Assembly: GCF_028641065.1 (NCBI RefSeq)
Contig: NC_073398.1
Span: 23,746,001-23,810,000, forward strand
Direction of reading: 5' to 3'
Source: Leucoraja erinacea
Taxonomy: Eukaryota
DNA length: 64,000 nucleotides
How positions within the stretch are numbered: position 1 is the first letter of the stretch; every line of letters starts with the position of its first letter. Position numbers and translations under genes: made by a program. The notes beneath the pieces are model-generated. The model worked only from the letters and a program-made list of their open reading frames with translations. It was not told the origin of the DNA and did not search any database. This document shows positions 24,707-36,556 of the stretch, piece after piece.

Positions 24707-25188
24707 GTACTGGATAATCCAACATTACGTAATCAACACAATAATATCTTTAGAGGATTGTGAAGTTTGCGGCTCAGAGAGATAGAGAAAGAATAAAGGC
24801 ACATGTGGTTATGAAAATTAAGATGATCATTTTAAAATAGTGTAGACAGTGTAGTTTAAGCACAGGATGATGGTTGCAAATAACTTGTTCAGTTAGGTAA
24901 TGGGCTGCAAAGTTTCAATTAATATTTGCGTATTGTCTAGCAAAGCATTAGAATAACTGAGTCTACAAGTTAAAAAAAAGACAGTGAAACAACCAGACAT
25001 ATTTATGTCACTTCTCTTTCTGTGGCTGCAAGGCAAAGATGATGTAACCTCACCTATTTTGAGTTCAATGACTGGAAAATCACCAGTTACGCAAGGGTGA
25101 CCTGTTCAAATCCACTTACCTTTCATTTCACCAGGGATGAAAAGAACTAGAGATTATCACAAAGAACTAGTATTGTTTTCTTCGTCAG

Positions 25189-25299
25189 GTGGTGATGGGA
25201 GAGATATACTGGGTGCACTTCCGAATTCGGGAAACAGAATGTGGAGAAAACAAAAAAAAGCACTGGTCAGACTGTCCACTTAAAGCAATCGATGAAGCA
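25189..25299 (+). CDS. Triple-cystatin gene exon 5 (domain 2b)
   Basis: CAG|VVMGEIYWVHFRIRETECGENKKKHWSDCPLKAIDEA|GTAAGT; 111 nt, phase 0-0; E|VVMG occupies the QVVAG position. Confidence 0.9.
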
Positions 25300-26022
25300 G
25301 TAAGTTCATGCGTAATTAACGTCCAATTTTTATTCAAGATAAAAGGAAAATCATATTAGAAACAATTGTCATTTGGTGATTTAAAAAAAGAGCACAATGT
25401 AAACAGAAGTATCTGAATGTTGAATGATTCTTCAAATAACATTATAAGCAACAGAGAATTAAGAACATACACTTCTACCTATCACAGCATGCAGGCCAAA
25501 GAAAAAAAAACATGGACTATGCAGTTGATCACTGAAGAATCATTGTGTGAATTCTAGATTCTTTAACTCTCATTTGAACTCCATCTTTATTAATTTTCAC
25601 ATCTTTTGTTGATCCAAAACTCCATCCTATCTTCATCTCAGCTAATAACAAGATTGAAGGGTTTCGGCCCGAAACGTTACCTATTTCCTTCGCTCCATAG
25701 ATGCTGCTGCACCCGCTGAGTTTCTCCAGCTTTTCTGTGTAACCTTCATCTCAGCTAATCTGTTTGATATCCATAATTTGCAGAGTCTCCTTCGACCACA
25801 GATCAGTCTCCAGGCAAGTAGTCTCCATTGCAGTAATAACAACAAGAATCTGTGCAAAGGATTTGCTAACCTTTAGAAAAAACTTTCACACTAGATTTCT
25901 ACTGTGCCCTATATGCATTTGCTTTACAAGAAGGTGCCTGAATTGTTATTGAGTTGTTTATGCACAGAATCATGATACCATCAGGCTGAATTGTAATTTC
26001 TATGCCTTTTGTAAAAATCAAG

Positions 26023-26128
26023 ATAATCGGAGATTGCCGTGCAGAAGTTTTGTTTCCAATTGGTGATACAACAGGTCAGATAAGAGGAATTCCCAAATGC
26101 CAGCTGATCCAACTGATTATGGATGAAG
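26023..26128 (+). CDS. Triple-cystatin gene exon 6 (domain 2c)
   Basis: AAG|IIGDCRAEVLFPIGDTTGQIRGIPKCQLIQLIMDE+G|GTAATG; 106 nt, phase 0-1; paralogous to exon 3 (G.C.AE..F..G...P.C.L). Acceptor is a weak AAG. Confidence 0.83.
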
Positions 26129-26393
26129 GTAATGTTCAACGGTGAAGAAATTCTTTTGTTTAAAACTTTGAAAATGTATACATGGTGAATGAATAGAAAA
26201 TAGAAAGGTCATCCATCATTTCTCCCTCCTCCCTCACAGTCTTTCAGAAACACATGTATCTAAAAATAGAACAGCATAACCATAATCCCTCAGAAATATT
26301 TTATTTGCATAGTCATAGGGATTAAGAGAAAACATATGTAAAATGTAAGTCACATTGCCTCTGATTGGCTTACATATTGAAATCTAACCTGTA

Positions 26394-26668
26394 ATAATAA
26401 TAATAAATTTTATTTATGGGCGCCTTTCAAGAGTCTCAAGGACTCCCTTACAAAAATTTAGCAAGAAGAGGAAAAACATGTAAGCGGAATGAAATAAATA
26501 GTAGAGACATGACTAGTACACAAATTAAAGACAGAATTCAATTCAAAACACAATATGAGGCAATTCAAGCACAGATGAAAAGGGAGGGGGACGTGGGGCT
26601 AAGGATAGGCAGAGGTGAAGAGATGGGTCTTGAGGTGGGACTGGAAGATTGTGAGGGACATGGTGAGG
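26394..26668 (-). mobile_element. L2-type LINE/SINE 3' end
   Basis: Antisense (TTA)n tail followed by AAGGCGCCCATAAATAAAAT; TCCAGTCCCACCTCAAGACCCATCTCTTC (FQSHLKTHLF) on minus. Confidence 0.6.
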
Positions 26669-27194
26669 GACCCTGTAGATCAGTTTTTCCTCTATTACAG
26701 TTGAAATAATAGTTTCTCTTAAACACAATTTAAACCTTTTTTTATGTTCATTCTTGATCAAATTTCCATGAAGTCCATGCTCTTTGAAAATATACATATT
26801 CAGTTATTTTGTTCATTTATGTTATTTTTAAAACCCTTTATTAATTTTCAAAGGAAAGGTAATTGACCTGAAAGATTAATTCTGATTCTTGCTCCACAAA
26901 GGTTGCAATACCTGCTAAACTCTTCCAAAATGCTATGTTTTAATTATCATGGTGACCTTTTTTGCAGAGCCTTAAAATCTCCTCACAGAGATAAAAACTA
27001 GGCACAAATCACCACTGAACAATATTCAAAAGTATTAAAAAATTAATTTATGACCCATTGATTTTCATTCATTTTAATAAAAACATATCATCCCAGAGGA
27101 CATATCCTAGGGCTGATTCTTTTAAATGTTTACTTTTATTATTCTTGAGGTGCTGTATTGCTTCATCAGAATCATAGTTTCTGAATCATTGAAT

Positions 27195-28072
27195 CATTGA
27201 ACTCCATCATCAAGTTCGCCGACGACACCACTGTTGTAGGATGTATCACTGATGGGGACGAGTCAGAGTATAGAAGTGAGATCGACCGATTGACCAAATG
27301 GTGCCACCACAATAACCTGGCTCTCAACACCAGCAAAACCAAGGAACTGATGGAAGGGGTAGGATAGGGACCCACAATCCCGTTTATATCAACGGGTCGA
27401 TGGTGGAAAGGGTCAAGAACTTCAAATTCCTGGGCGTGCATATTTCCAAAGATCTCTCCTGGTCCCAGCACACTGATGCAATTATAAAGAAAGCACATCA
27501 GCGCCTCTACTTCCTGAGAAGATTACGGAGAGTCGGTATGTCAAGGAGGACTCCCTCGAACTTCTACAGGCACACAGTAGAGAGCATGCTGACCGGTTGC
27601 AATGTGGCTTGGTTCGGCAACTTGAGCGTCCAGGAGCGGAAAAGGCTGCAAAAAGTTGTAAACACTGCCCAGGCCATCAACGGCTCTGACCTCCCCACCA
27701 TCGAGGGGATCTAACGCTGTCGCTGCCTCAAAAAGGCTGCCAACATCATCAAGGACCCACACAATCTTGGCCACACACCATTAGGTAGCAGGTACAGGAG
27801 CCTGAAATCTGCAACATACAGGTTGAGGAACAGCTTCTTCCCCACAGCCCTCAGCCTATTAAACACAACTTCAAACAAACTCTGAACTATAACAGCCTTT
27901 TGCACTTTATCAGTTTATTTATGTGTAGATAATATTATGTCTATATACTTATGGTATATAGACACACTGATCTGTTTTGTATTTATGCCTACAATATTCT
28001 GTTGTGCTGCAGCAAGCAAGAATTTCATTGTCCTATCTGGGACACATGACAATAAACTCTGACTTGACTTGT
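27195..28072 (+). mobile_element. Rex1/Babar LINE 3' fragment
   Basis: IIKFADDTTVVG, FKFLGVHIS.DLSW, KAHQRLYFLRRL; 3' end ACAATAAACTCTGACTTGACTTG; stops and indels present. Confidence 0.88.
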
Positions 28073-28830
28073 TTAACAGCAGTAGTTAACCTACAGTTGA
28101 ACCCTGTCCATGCATGTTGGAGTGTTTACTACACGCACTTAAGCAGGTGGTAAATCAGGTTATCAGTCTGAACCCAATCACCCTTTGTATCTTTTCATAA
28201 TCAGTGTTCTTTGCCCATAAGCTTATTCAAAGCTTTGCCTTGACCATGTATTAATTTATTGAAAGTACACTCAAATAAGAATTGGCCTACGGAAATCCTA
28301 TTTCCCAATGTATATAATTCATTTATTATTTGATACAGCATAAGTTTGAAACCTGTAGGCAATATGGTGAAAGATTTTGTAAATCACAGTATGTAAACAT
28401 ACTCCCAAGTCCCTCCGCACCTCCATTTCTGAATCCGCTCCCCATTTAGAAAATAGTCTATGGCTTTTTTCCTACTGTCAAAATGCATGTCTGCACACGT
28501 TGCTACCTGCATTCCACCTGCCACTTTTTTGCCCATTTTCCCAAACAGTCCAAGTCCTTCTGCAGTTCTTGCTTTCTCTACACTACCTTCCCTCCACCTA
28601 TCTTTGTATCATTCACAAACCTGACCACAATGCCTTCAATTCCCTCAACCAAATCATTGATCACCAACATGAAGAGTAGCGGCCCCAGCACTGACTGCTG
28701 TGGACCACCACGAGTTACTGGCAGCCAACCAGAAAAAACCCTTATTACTCCAACTCTTTGCCTTCTGCCATTCAGCCAAGAGTAGTTCGGAGAAATAAAC
28801 TTACATTTATTCTTGTGTAGGAGAATTTTG

Positions 28831-28861
<31 letters not shown>

Positions 28862-29218
28862 CTTGGCCTCTCTACTGAAACATGCAACAGATGAAGTCTG
28901 CCAGAGTATTTTACTATACAAGAGGGTAGAGCCAACAATAAAGCTGAAGACATAAATAACTTTAAACATGGCACAGATGCTGTGCCTGATCTGGGATAAT
29001 GTGATCCCTTCAAACTTCTGGTGTGTAGATTAAATCTGTGGTTTCACCTCACAAGAGTGTAAATAAAGCATATATTACATTAAAATTCCATTTCTGCAGG
29101 GATTCATTATTATAACCCATATACAATTTCCCAAGGGTGCTCAGTTTAAGCAAGTACGGAACTCACACTTTTTGGAGAAAATTGTATTGTCATTCCCTAA
29201 TAAATGTTTGTTTTCTAG

Positions 29219-29376
29219 ATGTTAGTTCGGTGCCATGTATTGATTGCTTACGACCTCTGAAGGTTACTGACCCAAGAGTGCACAAGGTTGTGGAGCATTC
29301 CATTTCTAAATTCAATGACAACAGCGGGCAGCTTTACAAATTTGTTTTGGCTCGAGTTCTCTGGGCAGTACATGAG
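29219..29376 (+). CDS. Triple-cystatin gene exon 7 (domain 3a)
   Basis: TTTTCTAG|(D)VSSVPCIDCLRPLKVTDPRVHKVVEHSISKFNDNSGQLYKFVLARVLWAVHE|GTAAAA; 158 nt, phase 1-0. Confidence 0.9.
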
Positions 29377-29809
29377 GTAAAACATGGTTGTGTGCTTGAC
29401 ATTCACTTTATCACCGGCTTAGTTGCAAATAATTGAACCCAGAAGAGATAGCATAAGTAAACTTTTAAAAAGTGGTGCAACTTATCTCAAGGTCAATAAA
29501 TTACATTTGTAATGTTGAAACACAACTCTATTCTATATTTTATGGTGTTTAAATGGCAGACGGCACAGTAATGCAGCAGTTGGCATTGCTGCGACACAGC
29601 CCCAGCAAGCCAATTTTGATCCTGGCCTCGAGTGCTCAGTTCAGAGTTTGCGCATTCTCCCATGACTGTTCACGTTGCTCTTGGGTCCCCTGGTTTATTC
29701 TACTTTTCAAAGATGCATTAGTAAGTTATTTGGCCTCTATAAATTACCCTTTGGCAGAATTAGTGACAGAAAGAAGAACAGGATAGTTGATGGGCATACA
29801 AAAGAGATA

Positions 29810-30648
29810 ATGCAGTATAATGTAGATAAATGTGAGGTTATTCACTTTGGCAGCAAGAACAAAGAGGCAGATTATTATGTCAATGGTGTCAGATTAGGAA
29901 AAAAGGAAGTGCATCGAGATCTGGGTGTCCTTGCACACCAGTCACTGAAAGTAAACATGTAGGTACAGCAGGCAGGGAAGAAAGCCATCATAATGAAAGC
30001 ATCACATTGGCCTTCATAACGAGAGGATTTGAGTATAGGAGAAAATAGGTTCTTCTGCAGTTGTACAGGGCCCTGGTGAGCCCACATCTGGAGTATTAGG
30101 TGCAGTTTTGGTCTCCTAATTTGAAGAAGGACATCCTTGCTATTGAGGCAGTGCACCGTAGGTTCACGAGGTTAATCCCCAGGATGTTGGGACTGTCATA
30201 TGAAGAAAGATTGCAAAGATTGGGCTTGTTTTCACTGGAATTTAGAAGGACGAGAGGGGACCTTATAGAAATGTATAAAAGGACTGGACAAGCTAGATTC
30301 AGGAATAATGTTCCCAATGTTGGGGGAGTCCAGAACCAGGGGCCACAGTCTAAGAAAAAAGGGGAGGCCATTTAAAACTGAGATGAGAAAAAACCTTTTC
30401 ACCCAGTTGTGAATTTGTGGAAATCTCTGCCACAGAAGGCAATGGAGGCAAATTCACTGGATGAATTTAAAAGAGAGTTAGATAGAACTCTAGGGGCTAG
30501 CGGAATCAAGGAATATGGGGAGAAGGCAGGCACGGGTTACTGATTGTGGATGATCAGCCATGATCACAATGAATGGCGGTGCTGGCTCGAAGGGCCAAAT
30601 GGCCTCCTCCTGGCCCTATTTTTTTATGTTTCTATGTCTATGTTTCTA
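29810..30648 (+). mobile_element. CR1-type LINE 3' fragment
   Basis: MQYNVDKCEVIHFG, QFWSP, LSYEERL..LGLFSLEFRR; tail TTTCTATGTCTATGTTTCTA. Confidence 0.85.
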
Positions 30649-33203
30649 AGTCGCAGGGATAAATGTTAAACATTGCATTTGTCTTCCTTATAACCGATTC
30701 AACTTGCAAATTAACCTTTTGGGAATCCTGCCCTTCTGTTGGTTTTTAAATGTTTCCCAATCCACTAGCCTCCCACTAACCTTTGCAATATTATATGCCC
30801 TCTCTTTTAGTTTTATACTGTCTTTGACTTCCCTTGTTAGCCACGGTTGACTCATTCTCCCCTTAGAATATGTCTTTCTTTTTGGGATGAAAAGATCCTG
30901 CATCTTCCAAATTACTCCCAGAAACTCCTGCCATTGCTGCTCCACCATCATTCCTACCAGGGTCCATTTCAATAGGATGTATAACCATGGATATTCCATT
31001 CCCAGCTCAGATCCTCGTTCAGCCATGTCTCTGTGATGTCCACTACGTTGTACCTGCCATTTACTAACTGCACTAGAAGCTCATCCACGTTGTTCCGCAT
31101 GCTGCATACATTCAAATATAACATTTTAATTCAATACTCAGCATCGCTCTTCTCATATTAATCCCCAATTTGTCTGACCTTAGACTCTTATCCCTTCTTA
31201 AACTTTCTGTCCTATTTCTTCTGGAGACTTTAGTAACCTGCACTTTAACTTCATCCTTACAATTCCTTACTTATTGATTGTAAATATTACTTGCTAATTG
31301 TTATAATTAATACATCATTATTTTTTCTTATGGAAGATTGTAACTATTAAAAAGATAAATTCAGTTGAAGTTTTGAGTCACCTTATGTCTATTTTTTCAT
31401 TTGTAATACTTCAATATATTTTAACTAAATGTATTATGATTTTATTGTGAATTACAAGAATCCCTCATTATAAGGTACTATAGGAGGTGGAATGGCTCTC
31501 ACACAGCCCACTGTTTCCACCTCTTCCATTCTTCTTCCTGCCCCCCCCCCCCCCAACCCCACATCAGTCTGAAGAAAGGTCTTGACCCGAAATGTCGCTT
31601 ATTTCCTTCGCTCCATCGATACTGCTTCACCCGCCGAGTTTCTCCAGTATTTTTGTCTACCTTCGATTTTCCAGCATCTCCAGTTCCTTCTTCAACCATA
31701 AATGTTAACGTGTTTTCTCCTTCCAAAGACACTAACCTGCTGAGCATACAAATTTCATTTTAACAAAAATGTATTTTTGTTACTGCTGGCTACAAATACT
31801 AAAGATTGTTTGTTAGGTTGTTTAATAGAGTTAATTGTGATAGAAGCAATTGCTTGTCAATATCAATGGCCTCCACAGTGTAACTGGCAACCTATGTTCT
31901 TAAAGAGGCGGGTGTCTAATTACTGTGGGGATGCTCCATCTGCTATAACCGAAATTTGTTATAAAGAGGTCCGCAATTACAAGGGTTTACTTATTTTTAA
32001 ACAATTTTAAAATAAATTATGATTTATTTAATAGTTTCTATCAAAGTTATTTAAGAACAATGAAACGTATATTTCATCAAGGCAAAGGTAGAAACCCCAT
32101 CATGGAGTCCAGAAATGGGGACTGTGTTCTGTTGCCTGCTCAGCAGACTGGGCGATTTCACCTGGTGTAAAGGCTCTGTAGTAGAGGCCCCCAGGCCCAT
32201 GGACCTGACGAATTAGTGCCACCATAGCAATTACATGGGGGGGTTGGAAATGGGAGACAGTTGTCAAGTTAAGCATGATCTGGCCAAAATTTTGCTAATG
32301 TGTCATGATACACTAATAAGTTTCATCTTGCTTCTAAAGAACCTAAAATGTTATAATAGTTAAATTGGCAAATATGCATTACAAATCATCGTTTTACTCT
32401 AGAAAGTTAAGTTAATATAAGAAAACACTTGCCAAGGAAAAGTTAATAGTTATTGAAAATTTTAAATATTGCAACTGCTGCAAATCTGGAATAAAAATAG
32501 AAAATGTATGAACAGTCAGCAGGCAACGGATGATACTGACATACTGTTTTCAGAGTTAATGATTTAACCTGAAATGTTGACTGTTTCAGTTTCCACAGAT
32601 GCTGCCTTATCTGCAGAGTGTTTTCAACATTTCTGTTTTGGAATAGATTCTTTAGATGCACCTAAATAAATGCATATTATGTACATGCACATTCTTTTAT
32701 CACATGCATTTGCCTTTCATCTCTGGCCTTTCATCTCGTGCCTTTATCCAACCATCTTCCAATCAAAAAGTCCCCCTTGTTTGCCAGACTTTGTCCCGCC
32801 TCCTCTCTTTCAACTTTCTTTCCCCTTACTACAATCAGTCTGAAGAAGAGACCTGTTCTGCAGAGATGTCGTCTGACCCATTGATTTACTCCAGCACTTT
32901 GTATCTTAAAAGCTATAACCTATCCTGTAAGCTTGATTCACAAATTGCAACCTTCAAGTAGGGCATTAAATAAATACAATTAAACATTAAGTGTTTAAGA
33001 AGGAACTGCAGATGCTGGAAAATCGAAGGTACACAAAAATGCTGGAGAAACTCAGCGGGTGCAGCAGCATCTATGGAGCGAAGGAAATAGGCAACGTTTC
33101 AATTAAACATTAACATCTTTAACAATATGATGTGGCTTGCAGGTGATAATACAGCTCTACGATATTTCTAACATTTTTCTCTCCTGTACTTTAATGTTTA
33201 CAG

Positions 33204-33314
33204 AACTCCATCGGGGAGAACATTACTCTGAATTTCGAGCTTATTGAAACAACCTGTCCTAACAATAATGAGACTGTACCAGACATGTGTGGTCCAAAGA
33301 TCCCTGCAACAGCA
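33204..33314 (+). CDS. Triple-cystatin gene exon 8 (domain 3b)
   Basis: TTTACAG|NSIGENITLNFELIETTCPNNNETVPDMCGPKIPATA|GTAAGT; 111 nt, phase 0-0. Confidence 0.88.
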
Positions 33315-33464
33315 GTAAGTTGATGGCGTTGAAGCTTTATTACTTATTACTGCATTTTATATCAGAAAATGTAGATCACTACTTTGATGAAAGCTTGTTT
33401 ACATCCAATAATAAGTCTCTTCGAGACTTTACCAGATTTGATCTGACATATTTATTCTGCATAG

Positions 33465-33578
33465 GGTTCTGCTGTCTGTTTCACCGTGCAGACCTATGGC
33501 ATCTTTGGAAAACTAGTCTACCACAAGTTAACGTGCAACATGACGATAGATTGGAAACTCTATATACTCAATTACACG
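33465..33578 (+). CDS. Triple-cystatin gene exon 9 (domain 3c)
   Basis: ATAG|GSAVCFTVQTYGIFGKLVYHKLTCNMTIDWKLYILNYT|GTAAGA; 114 nt, phase 0-0; two Cys at the expected spacing. Confidence 0.82.
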
Positions 33579-33864
33579 GTAAGAGGTGATTAATTAAACT
33601 TTCTGTATATTTAGTTTGAGATTTTCATCTAGTTTAAGATGACGAGAATCTTACAAATCTAGACAATTTACTATTTGATCCCAGTCTGTTTATGCAAGTA
33701 AAAATCAACAGCGTATCTATCAGTTGGAGTGCTTTAACAGTACATTATAATCCCTGATTAGAGGAAAATATTGGCAATCTCTGTTTATCATTATTTAATA
33801 ATCCTTCTTAATGTATGTTTTGTGAATCACCTTCTCGTTCTCCTGGTTTTTCTTACCTTCTCAG

Positions 33865-35252
33865 ATTTTCCTCAGGGTTGAAAAAGAAAGGTAACAAAAT
33901 GGGCAACAGAGGATTCTTTCCTCAAGTCTTCAGGATCGATGTTTGCTAATGTCAGGAGCCAGTTGATGTATAAATGCTTGGGTGTTATAACACATGGCTG
34001 TGATGTTGCACATCCAGTATTTTGCTGCCATTCCAAGTCTATGACTTCTGAGGTGGTTGATGAAGCCAGTATGCAAATGATAGATTGTATAACGGAGAAG
34101 GGTTGGGGTGGGGAGTGCTTGATGGAGGGGGTGATCTGCCATTTACGCTGGGCTTCTGCCTGCATCCACTGATGGGGAAAGAAGTCCTCAGAACAATCCA
34201 GAATTCTCCATTTTGAGCAGTCATTAGTAAGGGATTTCTTTCAAGGATGCTTTGGGAACATCCTTGAAATTATTTCCTCTGTCCTCTGTTAATTTCTTGC
34301 CATAACAGAGCTTCATAGAGAGTGCCTTTTTTGACTGATTGCAAGGTCAACTTAGCATTTTGTCTACCCGTAGTAAATTTTTAACCTTGCTTATCACCTA
34401 TCAATCTACCTCTACCTTAAAAATATTCAAAGATAATGCTTCTACCGCCCTTTAAGGAAGAGAGTTTTAAAGATTTATGAGCCAATGTGGGGAAAACATT
34501 GCTCAATCTCTGTTTTAAGTGAGTAATCTATGATCAAAGGCTATAGTCCAGATGAATATCATTAGGTTAAACAAAGTTTAGTAAATCCTGTGAAACCTCC
34601 ATCAATAGCTTTTGATGAGATAATGGACATCATTAAGACCAGCCAGAAAAGATACCCTAATCACAAACACTTGCACTTTTTACACTTTTCTATAGAATTA
34701 TATGCATCGCTAAAATATGCAGCCAGAAAGAACCAGGTATGGCTGTGCTCTGATCCTAACGTAATACAGTTTTGCAATCATAATTGCCAATCGTAATACA
34801 TCTTCTGTGGGGTGGGAATGCCATGATGAAGGGTTTGCTTTATGCTCTGGCATTTTTGCCAAAGTGATGTGGCAGAAATTTGGGAGGAACAATTTGCATT
34901 GTTTTAAAATGACTGAAGTTTTATGGCTTTGGTCGAGGCTATTATTGCAGGGTAATACACATGTTCATATCTGCTGCGACCCAATTTATTTATTTATTTA
35001 ATCTCCTCTAATTGACAACTGACTGCAGTAAAATTGTAGCACTGTTTTACTGTCCAAAGTACAAATTATCTGGCAGATTTTGTGTACACCTATATTTGTA
35101 TGGAAGTCATAGTCGTTTCTTACTGGTCTGTTTCACTCATTTTTTAGCTCTTTAATTCACTTTCATAAATCATGTTGACTTTGCCCAATTATTATTTTTT
35201 CCCTGTAGCCTCCTATTACTTCCTCATTAAAGCTTCTCACATTTTCCCTATG
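33865..35252 (+). CDS. Three candidate mini-exons (33865-33890, 34696-34736, 35209-35252) of the triple-cystatin gene
   Basis: Each has a pyrimidine tract+AG and a GTA donor. 26+41+44=111 nt keeps frame: IFLRVEKERIICIAKICSQKEPASYYFLIKASHIFPM. No homology support. Confidence 0.4.
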
Positions 35253-36183
35253 GTATGTTAATTGGCCTTAGTTTTCTGAATTTCTGATAATGTACAATGA
35301 AGTAAAATTACTTTTTGGAAAACACATATTGAAAGGGGAAAAATAGATCAAGATTTTAATATTTTCTATGTAAATCTTGTAAAATATATTTAGCAAAGCC
35401 AATAAATAAAATTAGTATGACCCCTATGTTAATTTAATTTCTTAATTTCTCATCCAAAACTAATGGGTATCCTATATCTTGGCAAGAAAATCCTCTTACT
35501 ATTTGTAAAAATGTCACTGATATTAGGGATTTTCTTCTGAGCATAATGAATTTTGCAGGGGGAGATGACAAACTGTTCAGCAAATGATGCTAACAGATCA
35601 TATTTACATCCGTATATCTGTTATTTTTCCATTAAAGACACATTTGCATAACGTTTCATTGTATTTATGTGCTGCAAGTGTTGCGTCTATTTTTAAAATC
35701 AAGGCCAGTCCTTCACAGAAATAGCAGAAGATTTATTTAAAGTATAAAGTTTGATTACAAATAGCAGTTTATGCCAGTTTCCTCTGACCTGGAAGTGAAA
35801 ATTTACGAACATGTTCTAATTTTCACACTTTCCTCATTAACATGAATCAATCTTCAGTTCAGATCTTCTATTTTACCAATTAGAGGTCTGGATTTAAAAA
35901 GCAGCTCTATTTACATACAGCTGCAGTGGAACAATGCTTCATGCATTTGATAATATGCACCTGTCATAAGCACATAAGCAATGCCACTTATAATCCAGTA
36001 ATTAGAGAAATAAACTAGCATTATCAAATAACTCAGTTAATGCCTCTCTTTCGTATGGATCATTTCTTGATAACAATGTACAGTCAGTAAAGCAACAGAG
36101 AAATAAGCTTTGAAGATGTGATTACTAATTACACCGATAGTTACTTCCCATATACTCATAGCTACTTCCCATCATGTCTCTAG

Positions 36184-36387
36184 GAAGTCTTCTGGAATGA
36201 AGCTGATTACTTGAAGGAGCTGCAGCCTGAGGAGTCCACAGTGTCTGAATTTACAATCAAAACTTCTGTTGAACCAACTCCGCTTCCTGCTGGACCTCAA
36301 AGCTCAGAAGTACCCGTGATCATGCTGGAAGAATCTAGGCCCACAGTGGCAGGTGAAATCACTGGTTCTGAACTAGTAGATGAGTAA
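36184..36387 (+). CDS. Triple-cystatin gene probable last coding exon (acidic S/T/P-rich tail)
   Basis: CTCTAG|EVFWNEADYLKELQPEESTVSEFTIKTSVEPTPLPAGPQSSEVPVIMLEESRPTVAGEITGSELVDE*; phase 0 fits exon 9; locally raised GC; followed by poly(A) signals. Confidence 0.7.
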   Translation, partial: EVFWNEADYLKELQPEESTVSEFTIKTSVEPTPLPAGPQSSEVPVIMLEESRPTVAGEITGSELVDE

Positions 36388-36527
36388 GAACAGAAGGCAT
36401 GGAAAGAAGATTGAAAGATTTTGTCTAATTTTCAAACAAATCTTTTGGTTAGTTTGGTTACACTCACAGATCAATGAAATAACTTGCTCCAAGTGCCATG
36501 GCGATCCTTCTTTTTCTGAAAATGTAC

Positions 36528-36556
36528 AATAAAATAATATGGAAATACACAATAAA
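36528..36556 (+). terminator. Tandem AATAAA polyadenylation signals of the triple-cystatin gene
   Basis: AATAAA at 36528 and 36551, 140-165 nt after the stop, with GT-rich sequence downstream. Confidence 0.6.

Noticed and set aside
33930-34330. Overlapping short ORFs in cystatin intron 9
   Set aside because: No cystatin pattern; looks like a decayed antisense LINE remnant.
16924-36387. Assigning the symbol KNG1, FETUB or HRG to the cystatin gene
   Set aside because: No kinin, no His-rich region, missing linking cysteine, different synteny; orthology needs a phylogeny.
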